A stretch of DNA of 64,000 nucleotides from Lama guanicoe (GCA_013239625.1 MU053873.1:1378524-1442523); one strand, 5' to 3'; shown: positions 1 to 14,699, numbered from the stretch's first letter. Notes: a model not told the origin generated them from the sequence alone. Program-made: numbers and translations.

Positions 1-682
1 ATTTTCCAAATTGTCATCCTAACGTGTTTTAAGTTAAAGTAATAGTTGCCTCTTCATGTCCTCTCTAATATATTACTTAGCAAGGTTATAGCAGATTTTG
101 GCATAAGTGTGTTGGATGTCAGAATGCTGATTATGGGAAGTGGAGAAAGAAAGAATAAGGGGTTTATGCTAGGAAACTAATGAAGGGTAAGGGGTATGTA
201 CTGCCAAAGCCTCGGTACCCATAAAATACAGAAGATGTGGGTGCTGACCCACGAGTATATGCAGAGTGCAAGTCTCTAAAACCATCTGGCTTAATGCATT
301 TATATGAGCAAATTAGAGATGTAAATGTGGCCATGCAGGATTAATCACACACTGCTGCTCTTTGCTGTGTTTAGTGCCAAATAACGTTTCACATTCTTGG
401 TACTCTGTATGATTTCTTTAGATTTATTACTTTTGTTTGGTATACTATCTTTTATAAAGCATTGATGCTTTACAGTGGAATTTTTTTGTTGTCTGTACCT
501 GCAACACAGAGGAAAGATCTCAGAGGGAGAGAAGAAACAGAGAGCATCAAATCAGTATTGTTTTATTTCTTTTAATTGCTCCAATGCTACCTAAAATCCT
601 TAGGAAATTTACTTCTCCCTCTAAGTTAAGACTCTCTTGGCATTCTTGATATAACCCTATATTTTCTGGCATTTTTCTTTCC

Positions 683-952
683 TTTTTTTCCACCAGCTTT
701 ATTGAGGTATAATTGTCATGTAACATTGTGTAAACACTTACATACTGCAAATGATTACTGTCATGGTAACAGCAAACATCTCTGTCATGTCACATGATGA
801 CCTTTTTTTTTTCCCTTATGGTGAGAACATTTAAGATTTCCTCTCTTAGCAACCTGCAATTATGTAATAGAGCATTATTGACTATAATCACCATAATGTA
901 CATTAGATCTTGGAACTTATTCATATTTTGACTGGAAGTTTGTACTCTTTAC
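683..952 (-). mobile_element. Ancient L1 (L1MA/MB-like) 3' end
   Basis: CAGCTTTATTGAGGTATAATTG ... GTGAGAACATTTAAGAT ... TGTACATTAGATCT ... ACTGGAAGTTTGTAC. Confidence 0.75.
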
Positions 953-1086
953 GTTTTTCTGGTTGATACTCTTCAAGCCTAGAGCTGGGAGACTTTTTGA
1001 TTGAGAAGATTGAGAAAATGTAAATTGACTTCCTGAGGTCACAACTTAAGTCCTAGTGCTCAGAAACAACAAAATGTGATCATCAC

Positions 1087-1575
1087 TGAGGCAGAAATTG
1101 CTAGCTCTTCCCCAGTATTCACTTCCCTTTTCCCATAGCATAAACTCTGCAATTATTAACTGGACTTTTGACCACCCGGAATAAAGACTACCCAACCTCT
1201 CAGCTAGGATGTATTCATGAAACTAAATTCTGGCCAGTGGAATATAATCAGAAGTGTCTCATATGATTTCTAGGACATCTTTATAGGGAGAGATATGCTT
1301 TTCTTCCTGTCTCTTTCCTTCCTGCCAGCTGGAATGTGGATATGATGGCTGGTACTTAAGTAGCTGTTTAGACATAGTTGAAAACTATGGGTTAAAGATG
1401 AGGGAAGGCAAGATAGGGGGCTGGATCCTTGTTGATAGTGGAGATAATGTATCAACTTGAACTTCTGATCTCTGGACTTTGTTTATATAGGAGAAAATTA
1501 AACTTCTCTCTTAGGTAAGCCACTATTGTTTTGAATTACCCAGTACCTGTAGCTAAATCTAACCTTGGCTCATAT
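1087..1575 (+). mobile_element. Solo LTR, MaLR/ERVL type (MLT1- or LTR16/33-like)
   Basis: TTCTGGCCAGTGGAATATAATCAGAAGTG and terminal TAAGCCACTATTGTTTTG ... GTAGCTAAATCTAAC motifs. Confidence 0.6.
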
Positions 1576-3521
1576 AATCATGCCAAGATAAGATTTATTT
1601 TGTACCTGTGATAAACTTGGGTTAACTGACCATTTCTAGAATTTAGGTATATGTTTTTAAAATTAAAATTTAGCTTCTGATTTTTTTTTCATTACTTTTA
1701 TCTAACCTATAGTATTCCTACAATTTTCCTACATTTGGAGCTAATCCTGTTAATTGTATTTCAGTTAGACAGCTGAAGAAAAATTTTTCTCCTAAATGAA
1801 AGAAACCAGAGTTTGTAAACCTGAATCAGTAGCCAGAAATGTAAATCTACAATGTTTTATAGTTCTGCTGATTATATATGATCATTGGACACAGAGGTGC
1901 AGAACAGCAGTAAGAAATTGAAGTTTTGGGGAGTCTATAAAATGGAAAGCATCTGGTGTGAAGTCTATAAAAGACTACAATATAAGGTCATTTCAGGTTA
2001 TTTTGAAATTTGGCTTAATATAAATGGCTTGCAAGTGGTATTGTTTCCCTCTGTTCTGGAAGAGAATATGAAAGCAGTGAAGAATGCTGTAGTTTAGTTA
2101 GGTGGATGTAAAAATCCTGGGAGGGTCAATACCGGATAAGTATCATATCTTCCAGTATTGAAAATGAATTGATAACAGGGAAACTTAGAGATGGTAGAAA
2201 AAGTAGAGATAAAGTACAAGTCCTGATACTGAGAGAGAAAGAGGATATTTCATTTTAAATTCTGTTCTAAGGAAGATACACGCCTGAGGATTTTTTCCCT
2301 TTTGAAGTGAGCAAATGAAGACCAATCTTATCACACTCTAATTTAGTCTTTTTCATAGATAGGAGAAATCCTTCCTTAAGAAAATTGAAAAGTAAACATC
2401 ATCAAGAGATTATAAAGATATGCACATAATCAGGAAAACGAAGGTGCTGATATGGTAAATTAGCAGCTGGCTTCCTTAACCATCTTATGAGGGTATAAAC
2501 ATGACATGGCTTTATTTTCCTATAAATCACTGCCTTCAGCCACAATCTGTCAAATCCCTCTTTCTGGGCAGATTCCTGGTTCCATAACTTTCTGTGTACT
2601 TTTGGATATTACAAAAAAAACTTACTCCGGTCCAATTCAACGTTCTTCCCTTCCTCTTTCTCTAGAGCCAGTGACCCACGTTTCATCATAAAAAAATTTT
2701 TTTTCTCCATCTCTTCTATGTCTCTAGCTCTTACAATGTATTAAAAGGAAGGAGATGGAAAGAATTAAATATCTCTCCTTTTACTGGTACAGTTGTAGCT
2801 CACTCACTGTTGTTTGTTGCAGTTTCTCTGGTCACCATTGGCAGGTGTCCAAATGCTAGTTCTCTTATGGAAGCATGTGTGTAAATATTTTGAAGGATCC
2901 TCTAGGAACTTCCCCATTGCAGTTTCTTAATATGAGAGAACTCCAGTTCTTTATCTTCCAGTCTCTCAGGGTCCACATCTAGTGGTACAATCTTAAGCCT
3001 CCTGCACCTGGAATCCCCTTGCCTCCAGGCAGTCCTCTTGGGTGAGATACCCAAGCCACCTTCTATGATATCTAAATTTTGGAAATTCTTTTATCTTTGC
3101 CATTCCAAATGATGGGAGTTAAGCTACTTCACTGATGCCCCCTTTCTGCTAGTTCTTTAAAATTATCAGGGCAGATCAACTATTCATTGCCTAACCCAGT
3201 AGTTCTTAAAGTTTCTACTGCCTGGAAATTTGTTAGACATGTAAATTCTGGGGCCTAGTTGGGCCCATTGATCTGTGATCTAACACGCCCAAACAGCTAG
3301 TCTGATTATCCGAATGGGGAATGAGAGCCAGTCTTCTGTTACCATAGGTACTCTCAATGACTAATTTTCTTGGAAGCTCCCAGCCCCACGTTGACTAGGG
3401 GTAGGGAAAGCTATAGGACTCCCCAAGTAACTTCTTGGAATTTCTGGTGTGGTAGTTGTGGTTAATGTTAATGTGTAGACTGGAAAGTTAGGGGTGGAGA
3501 AGGCAGCAGCAGGGAGAGGAA

Positions 3522-3920
3522 TGTTATTTAGTATTATACTGGGGTAACAATCACCAGACCTCAGTGGCTTACAAGTATAAACGTTTAGTTCTCACTCACA
3601 GTGCTTATTCACATTGGTTGCAAGTCAACTGCTGGCCTGCTCTACAACTTTTCCTTCCAGGACTCAGACGGGATTCAGCCCCATATCTTAGACATACCAG
3701 TCTCATCACAGAGGGAAAAGAGGCATGATGGAATAGTGTGATATCTCTTAAAATTCTGTTAAGATGTGGCATATGCCACTTCTATTCACATTCTATTGGC
3801 CAAGCCTGACATCAATGAAACAGGAAGTATACTCTTCTCAAAGGGAGGGATTTTTTTTTTTAGGTGGACCAGGTAGAGTAGAGCTGTGAGTATTTTGAAC
3901 AGATAATTCAATTTATCACA
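3522..3920 (-). mobile_element. MaLR LTR (MLT1-like)
   Basis: GTAACAATCACCAGACCTCAGTGGCTTACAA ... TTCTCACTCAC ... CACATTCTATTGGCCAAG. Confidence 0.65.
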
Positions 3921-6246
3921 GTTGCTCAATAAACTGTAGCTATTACATTATTGTTAAAATACTGTCCCTACCTTCAAAGGTAGTAGGAGAGTAAATACTA
4001 AGAAATATGCAACAATCAGAGAACAACTAATACCAAACTATATACACAAAGTATAATTATAACATGGGTTTAGAGAAGAGAAGCTGTTGAGACAAGTTTT
4101 GTGGTGAATGATGGCTGTAATTGGGGTGACAAGACATGAGAAGGGAAGGATATATATTTGTTGGTAATTAACCTTTTTTCTCAATGAACGTGTTCCTTCA
4201 CCTCCCCATTCTTCCTCCACAGGATAAGTAACATTTCCTAAAAGGGCAGCCTTGAAACTGATAGTTACAGCCAAACCTGGGGTATCTGAGAACAGAGGAT
4301 GGTCCAGAATAGGAGATGCATACCAGGGATTGGAGTCGGATAGTACAGGACAGGTATCAAGTTGTTTTTGAGGGCAAGAACCAGACTTTGGTTCAGATTT
4401 CTAGGTAGTCAGAAACCAGGAATAAAAAACTTGGATAAAGAGTGGGCACCAAGGAGTCAGGACTCAGTTTAGGTGATTGAGGACAAACACAGAATAACTG
4501 CATTGTTAACAGGGAGCAACAGCAATAACAGGAAAGAAAAGAGACTGCTAATGTATACTTTCTGCAAAAAGCAGAAACTGGTCTTGGAGTATGGGTGGAC
4601 CTGACCTGGAAGAGGGAGCAGGTGGCACTTTGAGAGAAAGGTTGGAGGGCAAGGCAGTTTCTATCAGGTTCTGTTCACCCTCTTTAGGCTTTTGATTAGA
4701 AAAAAGATTAGGATCTTTGGAGTAAGAATATAAAAACTCCCAAACCAAACCACATACCACTCCCATCCCCTTAGTCAACACACACACACACCCACCCACC
4801 CTGCCTACAGCTAGGAGATATTTGGACTTTGGATGTTGTGTTCAATAATCTTTTACTGGGATACATGATACATTAATGATCTGATAAAGCAAGACTACAT
4901 TGTTGCTATCCTTGTAAATATTTCAATACTACCTTTCAGAAACTGACTTTTTTAAAAAAAGATTAAGCCTCTTGTTTAGGACATACCTTTTGATGTTTCT
5001 GTCTTTACCAAATCCTGGTTTGTATTAGATCTTCTATTTCTGGGAAGATTATTGAGAAAGTTATTGAAAAACAGGCTTAGACACATCTGGAATTTTTCAA
5101 ATTGTCTCACCCATTTTAGAGTGGCTTTTTTAGATAGAATTTGAGTAAAGTCCATAATACCTTCAAGTTAAAATCTACTTGAGTTTTGTATTTCTATTTG
5201 GATAAATTTGTTTCATTCATTCATTTATTTGTGTATTTCTGGAAATCCTCACACCCAGCTTCTTTATCCATTTAAATGCATTTTACTATAATTTTGAATT
5301 GTACTCTAAGCTTTTAGAGGTAAAACTTTTAAACAGATTTTTATATAAAATTAAGGCAAAAATATTTATAGGAAACATATTTTATACCTAGAAAGTCCAT
5401 GTAGTTTACTAAGATAAAGAAAAAAGAGAGTTCAATAAAATAAGTAGTATTCCACTTAGTAGATATGAAAATTGTGACTATTACTTGTCATAAGAGCTGT
5501 CTATGCTTCAGGAAGCAGAGGTTTTTGTTCTTTTGTTTTTGGGTTTTTTTTATTTTTTTTTAGATTTCTTTTTAAGTTGGAACTGATTCTGACATAGAAT
5601 AGTCACTGTGTTTTAGGATTGGAATTTAAAAATTTTATCTTTGAAATGGTGGTGCTGAAGGTGGTACTGCTGAAGTTGGTGAGGATTATAAGAAACAACC
5701 TTTCCACCTCCTTTTCATGGGCAATTGAGAAACATTTGTGCACAGGTTTTTGTTTTTTGCTTTTTTAAAAGAGTTTATAGTCATAGGTGTGCTATGTTAG
5801 GCTAGCATATGTTGTTATAAAGATAAAGATTATTTTCATCTTTTTTTGGCCTTATTAGCTTTGTTTGGTTTCATTGGCTCTAACATGTCTAAACATGGCA
5901 CCATTTAGAGCTATGGGGTTCTTAGTAGAATGTTATATAGCTTTCTTTCAAATGCACTATAGACAGTGATGATTACAGAAAATGGTTTTGTGGTACATAC
6001 TTATAATAAATTAATATTATCAACACATGTCCATGAATAAAATAACCCATTCAACTAAGAATGTTGATCTGTTTTTTTCAAGTTTTCATACTGACATTAG
6101 TTTGCTACTTTTTAATTTTTGTTGTCTGGTGGTAGAAGATGAGTAATAGCTCATGCTAAAGAGTTTAAAAATTTATGAGAGGAAAAGTTTTAAATAGAAT
6201 TATATATTAACTTAATTCTTCTGTGAACTGGGGAAAGCTGACCACC

Positions 6247-6545
6247 TTTTTTTTTTTTTAAAGTAACAGCTTTATTGTGATACTTTTCACATAACTATAA
6301 AATTCACCCTTTTAGAGTGTACAATTTGGTGGTTTTCCATTTAGTCACAAAATTGTGCAACCACTATGTAATTCCAGGTGATTTTCACCTCTCCGAAAAA
6401 AGAAACCCTGTACCCATTAGCGGCCACTCTTCATTTCCCCTGCTCCCTAGAACTTGGCAACCACTCACTAATCTACTTTTGTCTCTATGGATTTGCCTAG
6501 ATACTTCGCATAAATGGAATCATTCAATATGTGGTCAATTTCTTT
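6247..6545 (-). mobile_element. Ancient L1 (L1MB-like) 3' end
   Basis: T tract, AACAGCTTTATTG ... AAAAAGAAACCCTGTACCCATTAGC ... TAATCTACTTTTGTCTCTATGGATTTGCCTA. Confidence 0.78.
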
Positions 6546-7819
6546 TTTAGCAGTAGAACATCTGAACCCAAGTCTAGAAATACCAGCATTCTTACCAAAG
6601 CAAATTTGAACAAAAGTTCAGTATTATTGCTAGACTGGATTCCACATCCCAGAAAGTGGGATGATACATGAGAGTGTAGGTTTGATGATGGATTCATCAT
6701 CCAACGAAGGGAACATTTCAAGATGTTCTTTTATTTAGAATTATTAGTGTTGCAAGAGGGAGGAATACCCAGCAGAAATGTGAACATGAAAACCCTTGAA
6801 GATACTAAATGAAAAAGGAAAATAATTTAAAATAGTATTTGTACATTTTGGTTACATCTTTAACTCTATTTTGGTAGTTACTTGCTATTCAATTTTTGCT
6901 GTTTACAGTATATAATTTTTGCCATTAACAGTATATAGCTAACCCCAGCTGGTAACATGGAATGTCATCTTTTGCACTGTGTCCTATATATAGGAGACTG
7001 CCAATAATTGTGTTAAGTGGTATAATTGATAAGAGTTTTTCTGTGGGGACTGGATCTTCTGAATTACCTTCCAGGCAAGTTAGTTATTATCTTATATGTG
7101 CATTCATAAAAAACAGAAAATTTACAATCTTAAATGCTGTCGCTTAATTTGGTAATCAGAGTTTCCACTGTCTGATCCATTCATATACTCTTGAAATAGG
7201 AAGAAAAAGCCCTCATGTTTTTATACGGATGGCCAGATAGACAGCACTTTAAAAAATTAGCATATGAATGTTTTGACTATGTCACTTAAGACAGCCTGTC
7301 AGTTTGGCAGCTCTGAGCCTGTTACTTCTGTGTCTTCTCTTTCCTCATTTTCGTGTTTTGACAAATGAGATTGTACTTTTGACAAGTGATTTGTACTTTA
7401 TCTAAGGTTTTCAAAGTGTTTTTAATTTATTTATTAAACTATGTAGAGATCATTTTATCTACCCATTTTGGGGTAATGTAAGATCCTCCCTAATACAAGT
7501 GAAAATAGAAAGTGATAATAGTGGAGTTCTTGCAATAAAAAAAAACCACTATTGGACCATAATTATTTTTCAGAATAATTATTGCTAATTTTTCAGAAGC
7601 TTATATTTCTTTCAATTAAGTATCTTTGGATTTAGGCGAGTGGGTAGCACTGACTTAAGGGGAATAGCCCTTTCTGGTGTTACTTGGAAGAGTGTATCTT
7701 TCAAAAGTGAAGATATTTACAAGTGTCCTTTGATAAATGAACAAAAGCCATCCTGGAAATTTTATCACAATAGGAAATTCTATGTATTCAATCTTATATA
7801 ACTGATTAAATAACATTAA

Positions 7820-8890
7820 ATTCACTCATTCATTGAACAGGTATTTAATGAGTACCTAATGTGTGCTGGGAACTGTTCTAAGTACTGGATTATAGTGGTG
7901 AACAATATAGATACCACTCCATAGATCTTACAATCTGCTGCATGACATAGTGATCAAATGAGTAAATAATGCAATTTCAAATGTAATACTTGGTTTGAAG
8001 AAAACAAAGCAAAGTAAGAGAATATGTGGTGAATTTGGGGAGGGGATTTGATTTTGTTCAGGAGGACTTTCTGAGGACTTGCTATTTAAAAAGAGACTTG
8101 AATATTGAGGAAGAATACCAATTCTGGAGGAAGAGAATTCCAGGCAGACATAACTGCAACCACTTAGGTCATGAAGGAAGCATAAGAAGGCAGGTCTGGC
8201 CATGTCACAGTTAATGAGAGATGAGGGTAAAAGGCAGAGGCTAGATGATGTGGGGCCTTGTAGGACATGGTAAAGTCTTTGTATTTTATTCTTTGTGCAA
8301 AGGGAAGCCTGAAGTGGGTTTCAGACATGCATGATCTGATTCACGGTATCAAAAGATCATTCTAGCTACACAAGAGCTAGATCACAGGAAGGAAAGTGGA
8401 AGCTATTGTAATAGTCCAGTTGATATTTATGCCAACTGTGCTAAGGAAGAAGGGGTATAGGTGATGCCAAGTGGTAGAACATGAGTTAGAATTTGTAGAT
8501 AGAGAGCTGAGTACTTACTAATGAATTCGATGTTGAGGGTGAGGAAAGGAGCAGAATCCAAGGTAACTGTTAAGTTTTTGGTCTGAGCTGCTGGGTGAAT
8601 GGCGATGCCATTAACTGAGATAAAATAAGATTGAAGAAGGACCAGATTTTTGCAGGGAAATCAAGAGTATGGTTTTGGCTATGTAAGTCTGAGATGTCTG
8701 TTAGCTGTTTTAGTGAAGATGTTGAGTAGGCAGTTATCTATACAAGTCTGGAGCTCAATAGAGAGGCAGGAATTTGAGGTATAAATATGGGAGTCATCAA
8801 TTAAGAGATGGCATTTAGAGGCTTGAGACTAGGTGAGATCTGAGGGAGTACTTCTAGGCAGAAAAGAGGGCAGAAGACTGTGCCTTGGAG
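7820..8890 (-). mobile_element. LINE-2 3' fragment
   Basis: TTCACTCATTCATTGAACAGGTATTTAATGAGTACC 3' terminus, plus internal motifs GATGCCATTAACTGAGAT and GTAGGCAGTT...GTCTGGAGCTCA. Confidence 0.85.
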
Positions 8891-8963
8891 CTCTCCATCA
8901 TACATATATGTTTGTTCACGCAAGACAATCTTGTAGCCTAATATAAACAAAATCAAACCTCTC

Positions 8964-9425
8964 TGTGTTAGTCAGCTGTGGTTCTTAGTTGCAAGTAACA
9001 GAAAACAACTTGCTTTAATCAAAAGGTACCTGGATTTCTGCAGAATAGTGCTACAGTAACTGTTGTATCCTGGCTGCCAGAGCTGGAACCACTGCTGCTG
9101 GAGCTGTATGTTGTATATCATTATGAGCCCTTTGGCTCTGATAACCGGGTGTTGCCATTGCTACTGCCAGAGTAAATTCTCTCTGTCACCATTCCTTGTG
9201 TCACTTGCTTCACATTCAGACTTCTGGCAAAGAACGGAACCTAGGTGTTATGTCTTCATCCTGGCTATCAGGTGGTAGGGGAAATAATTATCTGACCTTT
9301 TTGGTTTCTGTCATGAGAAACCTACATTTCACCAAGATTCAGATAATGGAGAATTTTCCTAAAGCAGAGGATGGGAGTTCAGGTACCAGGGAGTTCAACA
9401 ACCACCATAAACAAGTGTCCATTTT
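8964..9425 (-). mobile_element. MaLR LTR (old MLT1-like)
   Basis: TGTGTTAGTCAG ... TCTTAGTTGCAAGTAACAGAAAAC terminal motif. Confidence 0.5.
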
Positions 9426-10084
9426 GTGAATAATCCATTTGGTTGCTTACAAATTCATTACAGAGTTAAGCAGCAAATCATTAGAATGCCTCCAAATGGA
9501 CCTCAAGAATAATGTTTTATCTCTACTGACTTTCTTTTCTCATAGCCTGTTTCCTGCCCTGCGGTTGAAAAGAAGTTATCTTCCCCATGTTTCTTTTAAC
9601 CATAGCCAGAGAAATATAGCCTCTTTTGGTTAAAAACACACAACTAAATAAGCCCCAGTTCAAGCATCTTTCTTAAGTAAAACTTGACATAATTAAAACA
9701 CACACATGCACGCATGCACGCACGCACTACCCCTGCACATTCAGGCTCCCTTTAGGAAGGTTAATAAATCCAAAGCTGCATATTCTGTCCCAAATATTTG
9801 ACTACTGAGTTTACGTCCAATAAATTCTGTAAGTTTTAACTGAAGATGACATATGCTGAAAATTCTCCCCGACTGATAAATTATATAGCAGCAAAATTAC
9901 ACATGCTTTATGGCTATGGCTACCTGGTAGAGAGAAGTAATCAGATTGTAGCCCAGAATTTATATGAGAAATTTGTATCACAGTCATAGAAAGATAAGAT
10001 AGAAGAATAATTGCTTACCAAAGAGATAAGAAAGCATTTCCAGGTTAGCACCCATGTCCTTTAATAAGCATCACTGGGAAATGA

Positions 10085-10830
10085 TTGAATGCTAGACTTT
10101 TTCTTTGAGTGCTAGATTTTGTTGTTTTCCTCGAAAGAGTGTTGAACTTTGTTTTGACAGATAGTTACTTGTAGATTAAAGTTGCTTTTTTGAAGGTTTG
10201 TTTTTAAGCTTTATTAGGGTGAGTTTTCAGTATACTTTACTCCAGGCTAGTGTACCTCTTCTGTTAAGACATGACTTTTCTGAGGTCTCTACTGAATATC
10301 CCAGATATTCCTTCCACTTTGGCTGTTGAAACTTGAAAGACTGGCAGCCCTAGAGAACTCTGACAATTGTTGAGCTTACAGCTTTCCTTTGCCTAGCCTC
10401 GTGGAGTTTCACCCTACGTTGGACAACTTAGTACTTGGCCAAGACTAAACAAGATCCCTGTGTTGAACTCTGGAGCAGCTTGTGTATGTAGCACCCTCAG
10501 AGTTCATCTTCTCCATTTCTCTACCCTGAATGTTCTTGCTACTTTGGCTTCCTCATACTCTGATCTCTGTCTCCTTCTCATTGTGCTCTGCTTGGGACCC
10601 TCTTCATGCTTTGTGGTCCAGAAGGTGCCTCTGGGCAAAAATCCAGGGTGATCTTAGGGGTTACCTCATTTGTTTTGCTTCTCTCAAGGTTCATAGTACT
10701 GTGTGCATACTGTTGCCTGCAACAGTATGAAAACAGTATTTTTCCTGTATTTTATCCAGTTTTCCAGTTGTGTCAGATGAGTAAGCTTGGTCCCAGTTGC
10801 TATGTCATGAACAGAAGCATAAGTCCCATT
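10085..10830 (-). mobile_element. Ancient L1M-type 5' end fragment
   Basis: Minus strand begins GGGACTTATGCTTCTGTTCATGACATAGCAACTGGGACC, resembling remembered old L1M 5'-end consensus; heavily diverged. Confidence 0.55.
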
Positions 10831-10959
10831 AGAAAAATGGTTTGAACACTGAAATACGAGGGTTAGCTCTGGCAGTTTGTAGTCCTTAATATATAATCAC
10901 TACAAAATCCATGGTTTGACAAAGAGAAAAAAAAATGTAGGTTTAGCTTAGTAAAACAA

Positions 10960-11165
10960 CAACAGTGATAATACTAAACACATAGTATTATGTACAGAGT
11001 ATATTATGTATGTGTATAATTACAGATATAGTTTAATCTTCCAACAGCCATATTTAGGTAGTTGCTGTTATTATCTCCATTTTACAGAGTTAGAAACTGA
11101 GGTACAGAAAAATGAAGTAACCCAAGGTCACATAGCTAACATATGATGGATCTAAGGTTTGAAGG
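10960..11165 (-). mobile_element. MIR SINE
   Basis: TTATTATCTCCATTTTACAGAG...GAAACTGAGGTACAGA...CCCAAGGTCACATAGCTA. Confidence 0.85.
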
Positions 11166-11379
11166 CAGTATTTGCCAAATAAAAATTGCTGCCTCAGAAA
11201 ACTAGTTAGGTCTCCCACCCATTCCACTGGCCATTGAGTTATGTTGTATTTAGAAATACAGATTCGCTCAGACTTGGTTCTGTTTTCTCTTTCTCTCTAT
11301 TTTTATCTTCTTGCTCCAAACTCCATCCTTGGGACAGTTTTTTTTTTTTCGCCACCAAAAGCTTTATGCATATCATCAT

Positions 11380-12672
11380 TATGTGACTGACCTACACATC
11401 TCTTCATAGCTGTAGGTACAGATATATATCCTCAACTCTAGACCATACCTCCACCTGCCTACTGCATGTCCCTGGTGTATCTCTTACTACTCCCTCAGAC
11501 TCTATAAGTTTCAAACTGAATTCAGTATCTACCTGTTTTTTTCTGTGATCCATACCTTACTGGGGTATCTCTTTTTCTAAAAGATGTTGAAAAGTTTCGG
11601 GATCATCTTTAAAGTCTTCCCTCTCTGTCTCTTTCATGTAACAGGCCCTTAGGACCTTTTACTTGTAAACTTTCTCTCGAGTAGGTCCTTTTTCTGTTTC
11701 TGCTGCCCTAATTCAAGGCCTCTTCATCCCTTATTGCCCTATTCTGATAGAAAATTATTTGACGTCCCTGTCTTGATTGTTCTCCTATTCTTTCCACCCT
11801 TCACAGGACTTCCAGAGTTAGCATAAAACTCAAATAGATTTTGCCATTACCTTGATTAAAATCCTGGGCTTCTCATCACTGTGTTCTAAGTCAGGAGTTA
11901 AGAACAAGGTCTTGGAGTCTGACTGACTTGTATTTCCTTTCAACCACTTTCTAGCCGTGATTATTTGGGAATTTACTCAACTCTTTATCTTTAATTTCCT
12001 TGTCTGTAAAATGGGCATGATAATAGTTCCTCCTTGTAAAGGTGTTAGGATGAATCAGTGAATAAAAGAACTATATAAAAGAATTTAATGCTTGGCATAT
12101 ACTCAGTAAATGAGATTTATTATTTTTAGTTTTAAGGTAATAACATTCACAGCCCTCTACCTTTTAATTCCACTTCACCTTGCCTTGTGTTAAATGTCTC
12201 AGATCTATTAGATGACATGCTAATAATATGGCCCATGTTCATACCTTCATGTTTTGGCTCATGCTCTATTCTTTCAATCTGGAACATTCCTCCTTAAAAC
12301 TTGTCTCTCCTTGTTGAAGGGATACTGTACCACCTGTCCTGTAAAATCTTCCTTAGTTACCACAGTCAGAATTAATTACTCTTTGAGGCTCCCATAGTTT
12401 TAGTGAGATACTATGCCATTAATTATTCCATTCTTCTGGTACTTAGCTTGGGCTGAGAGCATGGGCTTGTAAGAGTCAAATGAATGGCAAGATCAGTAAG
12501 GGTTAGCTGCTCTTGTTATTTTTATTGGTTGTGTACCTGTCTTCTCCTTCAGCCTCCACCAGACTGCTCTGTCCTCAAAGACAAAAGTCCTCTGATTTAT
12601 TTTTGTCTCCCCTCACAGTACCTAGTACAGCCCCTTGTATATAAAGAGCACTCAGTCAATTTGTGTTGACTT
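11380..12672 (+). mobile_element. LINE-2 fragment interrupted by a MIR (~11890-12125)
   Basis: Pyrimidine-rich L2 body ending CAGTACCTAGTACAG...GCACTCAGTCAATTTGTGTTGA; MIR core TTTCCTTGTCTGTAAAATGGG inside. Confidence 0.7.
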
Positions 12673-14089
12673 TAAAGGATTGGGCTTCAGCCTCTCTGAC
12701 ATTGCCTGATGTAGTGGAAGGAAGTGATGTGGGTAAGGTTAGAGGTGATTCTCTCTGGATGTTGTGGAGCAGTTTCCCTCCCAAGGAATGAGCACATGGT
12801 CCTGCATCAGCTTGGCTGTGTGGCAGAATTTGTACTGTGACAGGTTATTTTAGTTTTCTTTTTTTTTTTTAATCAAAGCAAGGCCCTTAATATTCTGAAA
12901 GCACGTAACTGTGTGAAATATTACTAACAAGGTCAAATTTTTTGGTCTCAGATACACTTCTGCCTTTGTCCCTTTGCTTTCCTAACATCTCTTTAGACAC
13001 TTGAAAATAATTTACAGGTCTTTAGGAAAATTAATTTATTTTCCAAATACTGTTTAACATCGAGTTTAATATTTTACTTCCAAAGCACAACAAATGTAAA
13101 TAAGTATGAGACTGGCTTTTCCAGGCATTTACCCTGTGATCAATGTCAGATGTATCACTCTTTAGGAAATCTTGAAGAAATTCACAACAGAGGAAAAAGT
13201 ATATTTTCTCTATTCATTTCCTCTTTTTTGCTTTTGTTCTGATTTGAATAGACATGTAGTTACTGAGGAAAATACCACTTTAATAGACTGTTTTATAGTA
13301 TCTGCTTTTAAGGAAGTGATTTGCAAAGTGCTGTGTTAAAAAATAGAGTTGTAAAAATGCCTTTTAGTGACTGCGGATCTAAGAAATTATGTTCTTACCG
13401 TTTGACTTTAGATCTTTGAAACAATAAGCTAAGTTACAATATTTTGAACTGTGTTAGCGTCGTAGTTCTATATAAGAAATTCCTAATGGACAAAGTACAT
13501 TGGCATAATAGTAATTCTATAAATATTTCAGGTATAATTACTTAGTCTTTTTGGATTAAACAAAATAAAGAAGTAAAGACACAAAGGAAAAATAATATGA
13601 TTTAAGATAGTATTCATAATTAAAGGCTTCTAGGTAATGGTCCTCTTTTGAGTGGTACCTATTAAATGAAAGCTGAAACACTCAGGAGTGTTCTTCCCCT
13701 GTTGAGGGGAAGAAATGCCATACAAATAAGTGACCCAAAGGAAATATACCTAAAAAAATTAAAAAACAGTTATTTAAAACCTTTTTATCACTTTGAAGTT
13801 TTAGATTGTCTTTCTATCAAAATATAAATGTTTTCTCTGTTTCCTTTCATGGTACAGTCCACTTTTCTGACTCCTTCTCTTCCAATTTAAGTAACTTTGT
13901 CCTTTATTAATCCAATAACATCTGAGCATGGGAGATTGCTCTTCAGTCACAGACCACGTGTGGTATGCATATGGATTCACAGATGCCTGCAGAAAACCAC
14001 TCCATAGATTGGGAACCATGTAGGTCTCTTAATTTACATATGGGAAAGTGAAGCTTTGAGTGGTTTAAGTCAGCAGTCACAAATTATGA

Positions 14090-14385
14090 CTTGCAGATGG
14101 AATTTGGACCTACAGGCATGTTTTGTTTGGCCTGTTAGGATGCTTTAAAATTTTTGAGCAAACAGTTAAAAATCAGGAAATGTTTAGCTTCTCGTGAAAA
14201 TTTAGAGGCTCTGGCACCATTAGACTGATATTCCTGTGTGACATCAATTGATTAGCGTTACGTAGCAACTACCTCTTTTACATGATTTATTTATCTACAG
14301 ATTTATAATCTTTAGAATTTCTTTTTATCTTATACCTGATTCTTTCATTTATTCATGCCACCTGCCTTACCCTTCTAAAAATTTT
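14090..14385. mobile_element. hAT-Charlie MITE (MER3/MER33-like), apparently inserted in a MIR
   Basis: GACCTACAGGCATGTTTTGTTTGGCC ... AAAAATCAGGAAAT ... GCTTCTCGTGAAAATTTAGAGGCTCTGGCA, with MIR-like pieces on both sides. Confidence 0.55.
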
Positions 14386-14699
14386 TGTTATATAGCAAGT
14401 CAGAGGCAGACTGAAAAATAGAAACTTTTATCTTGACCCCTAAGCAATTTTTGGTTCTGGCCCCCATCGCTCAGGCATTGGTTTATAAGCCCTAGTACTA
14501 GTCCTTCCATTGCCACTGACTTGCCATGTGGTATTGAACAAGTAACTTAACTCCTCTAAATTTATTTTGCTATCTGTCAAATGGTCATTATAAGCATTTT
14601 AATTATGCATGTAGTTAAAAAAATCTAAAGACTCAAAACCAAAACAGCCTCATAAAATCATAATTAATATTTTGTTTTGTTTGATTGCTGAAAAATGCT

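Noticed and set aside
2450..3430. Possibly LTR-derived sequence (also ~4270-4550)
   Set aside because: Could not match to a family or define termini from the sequence alone; needs RepeatMasker/Dfam.
13691..13714. Perfect 10-bp hairpin TTCTTCCCCT-GTTG-AGGGGAAGAA
   Set aside because: Roughly one stem of this size is expected by chance in 64 kb, and it is too short for a pre-miRNA.
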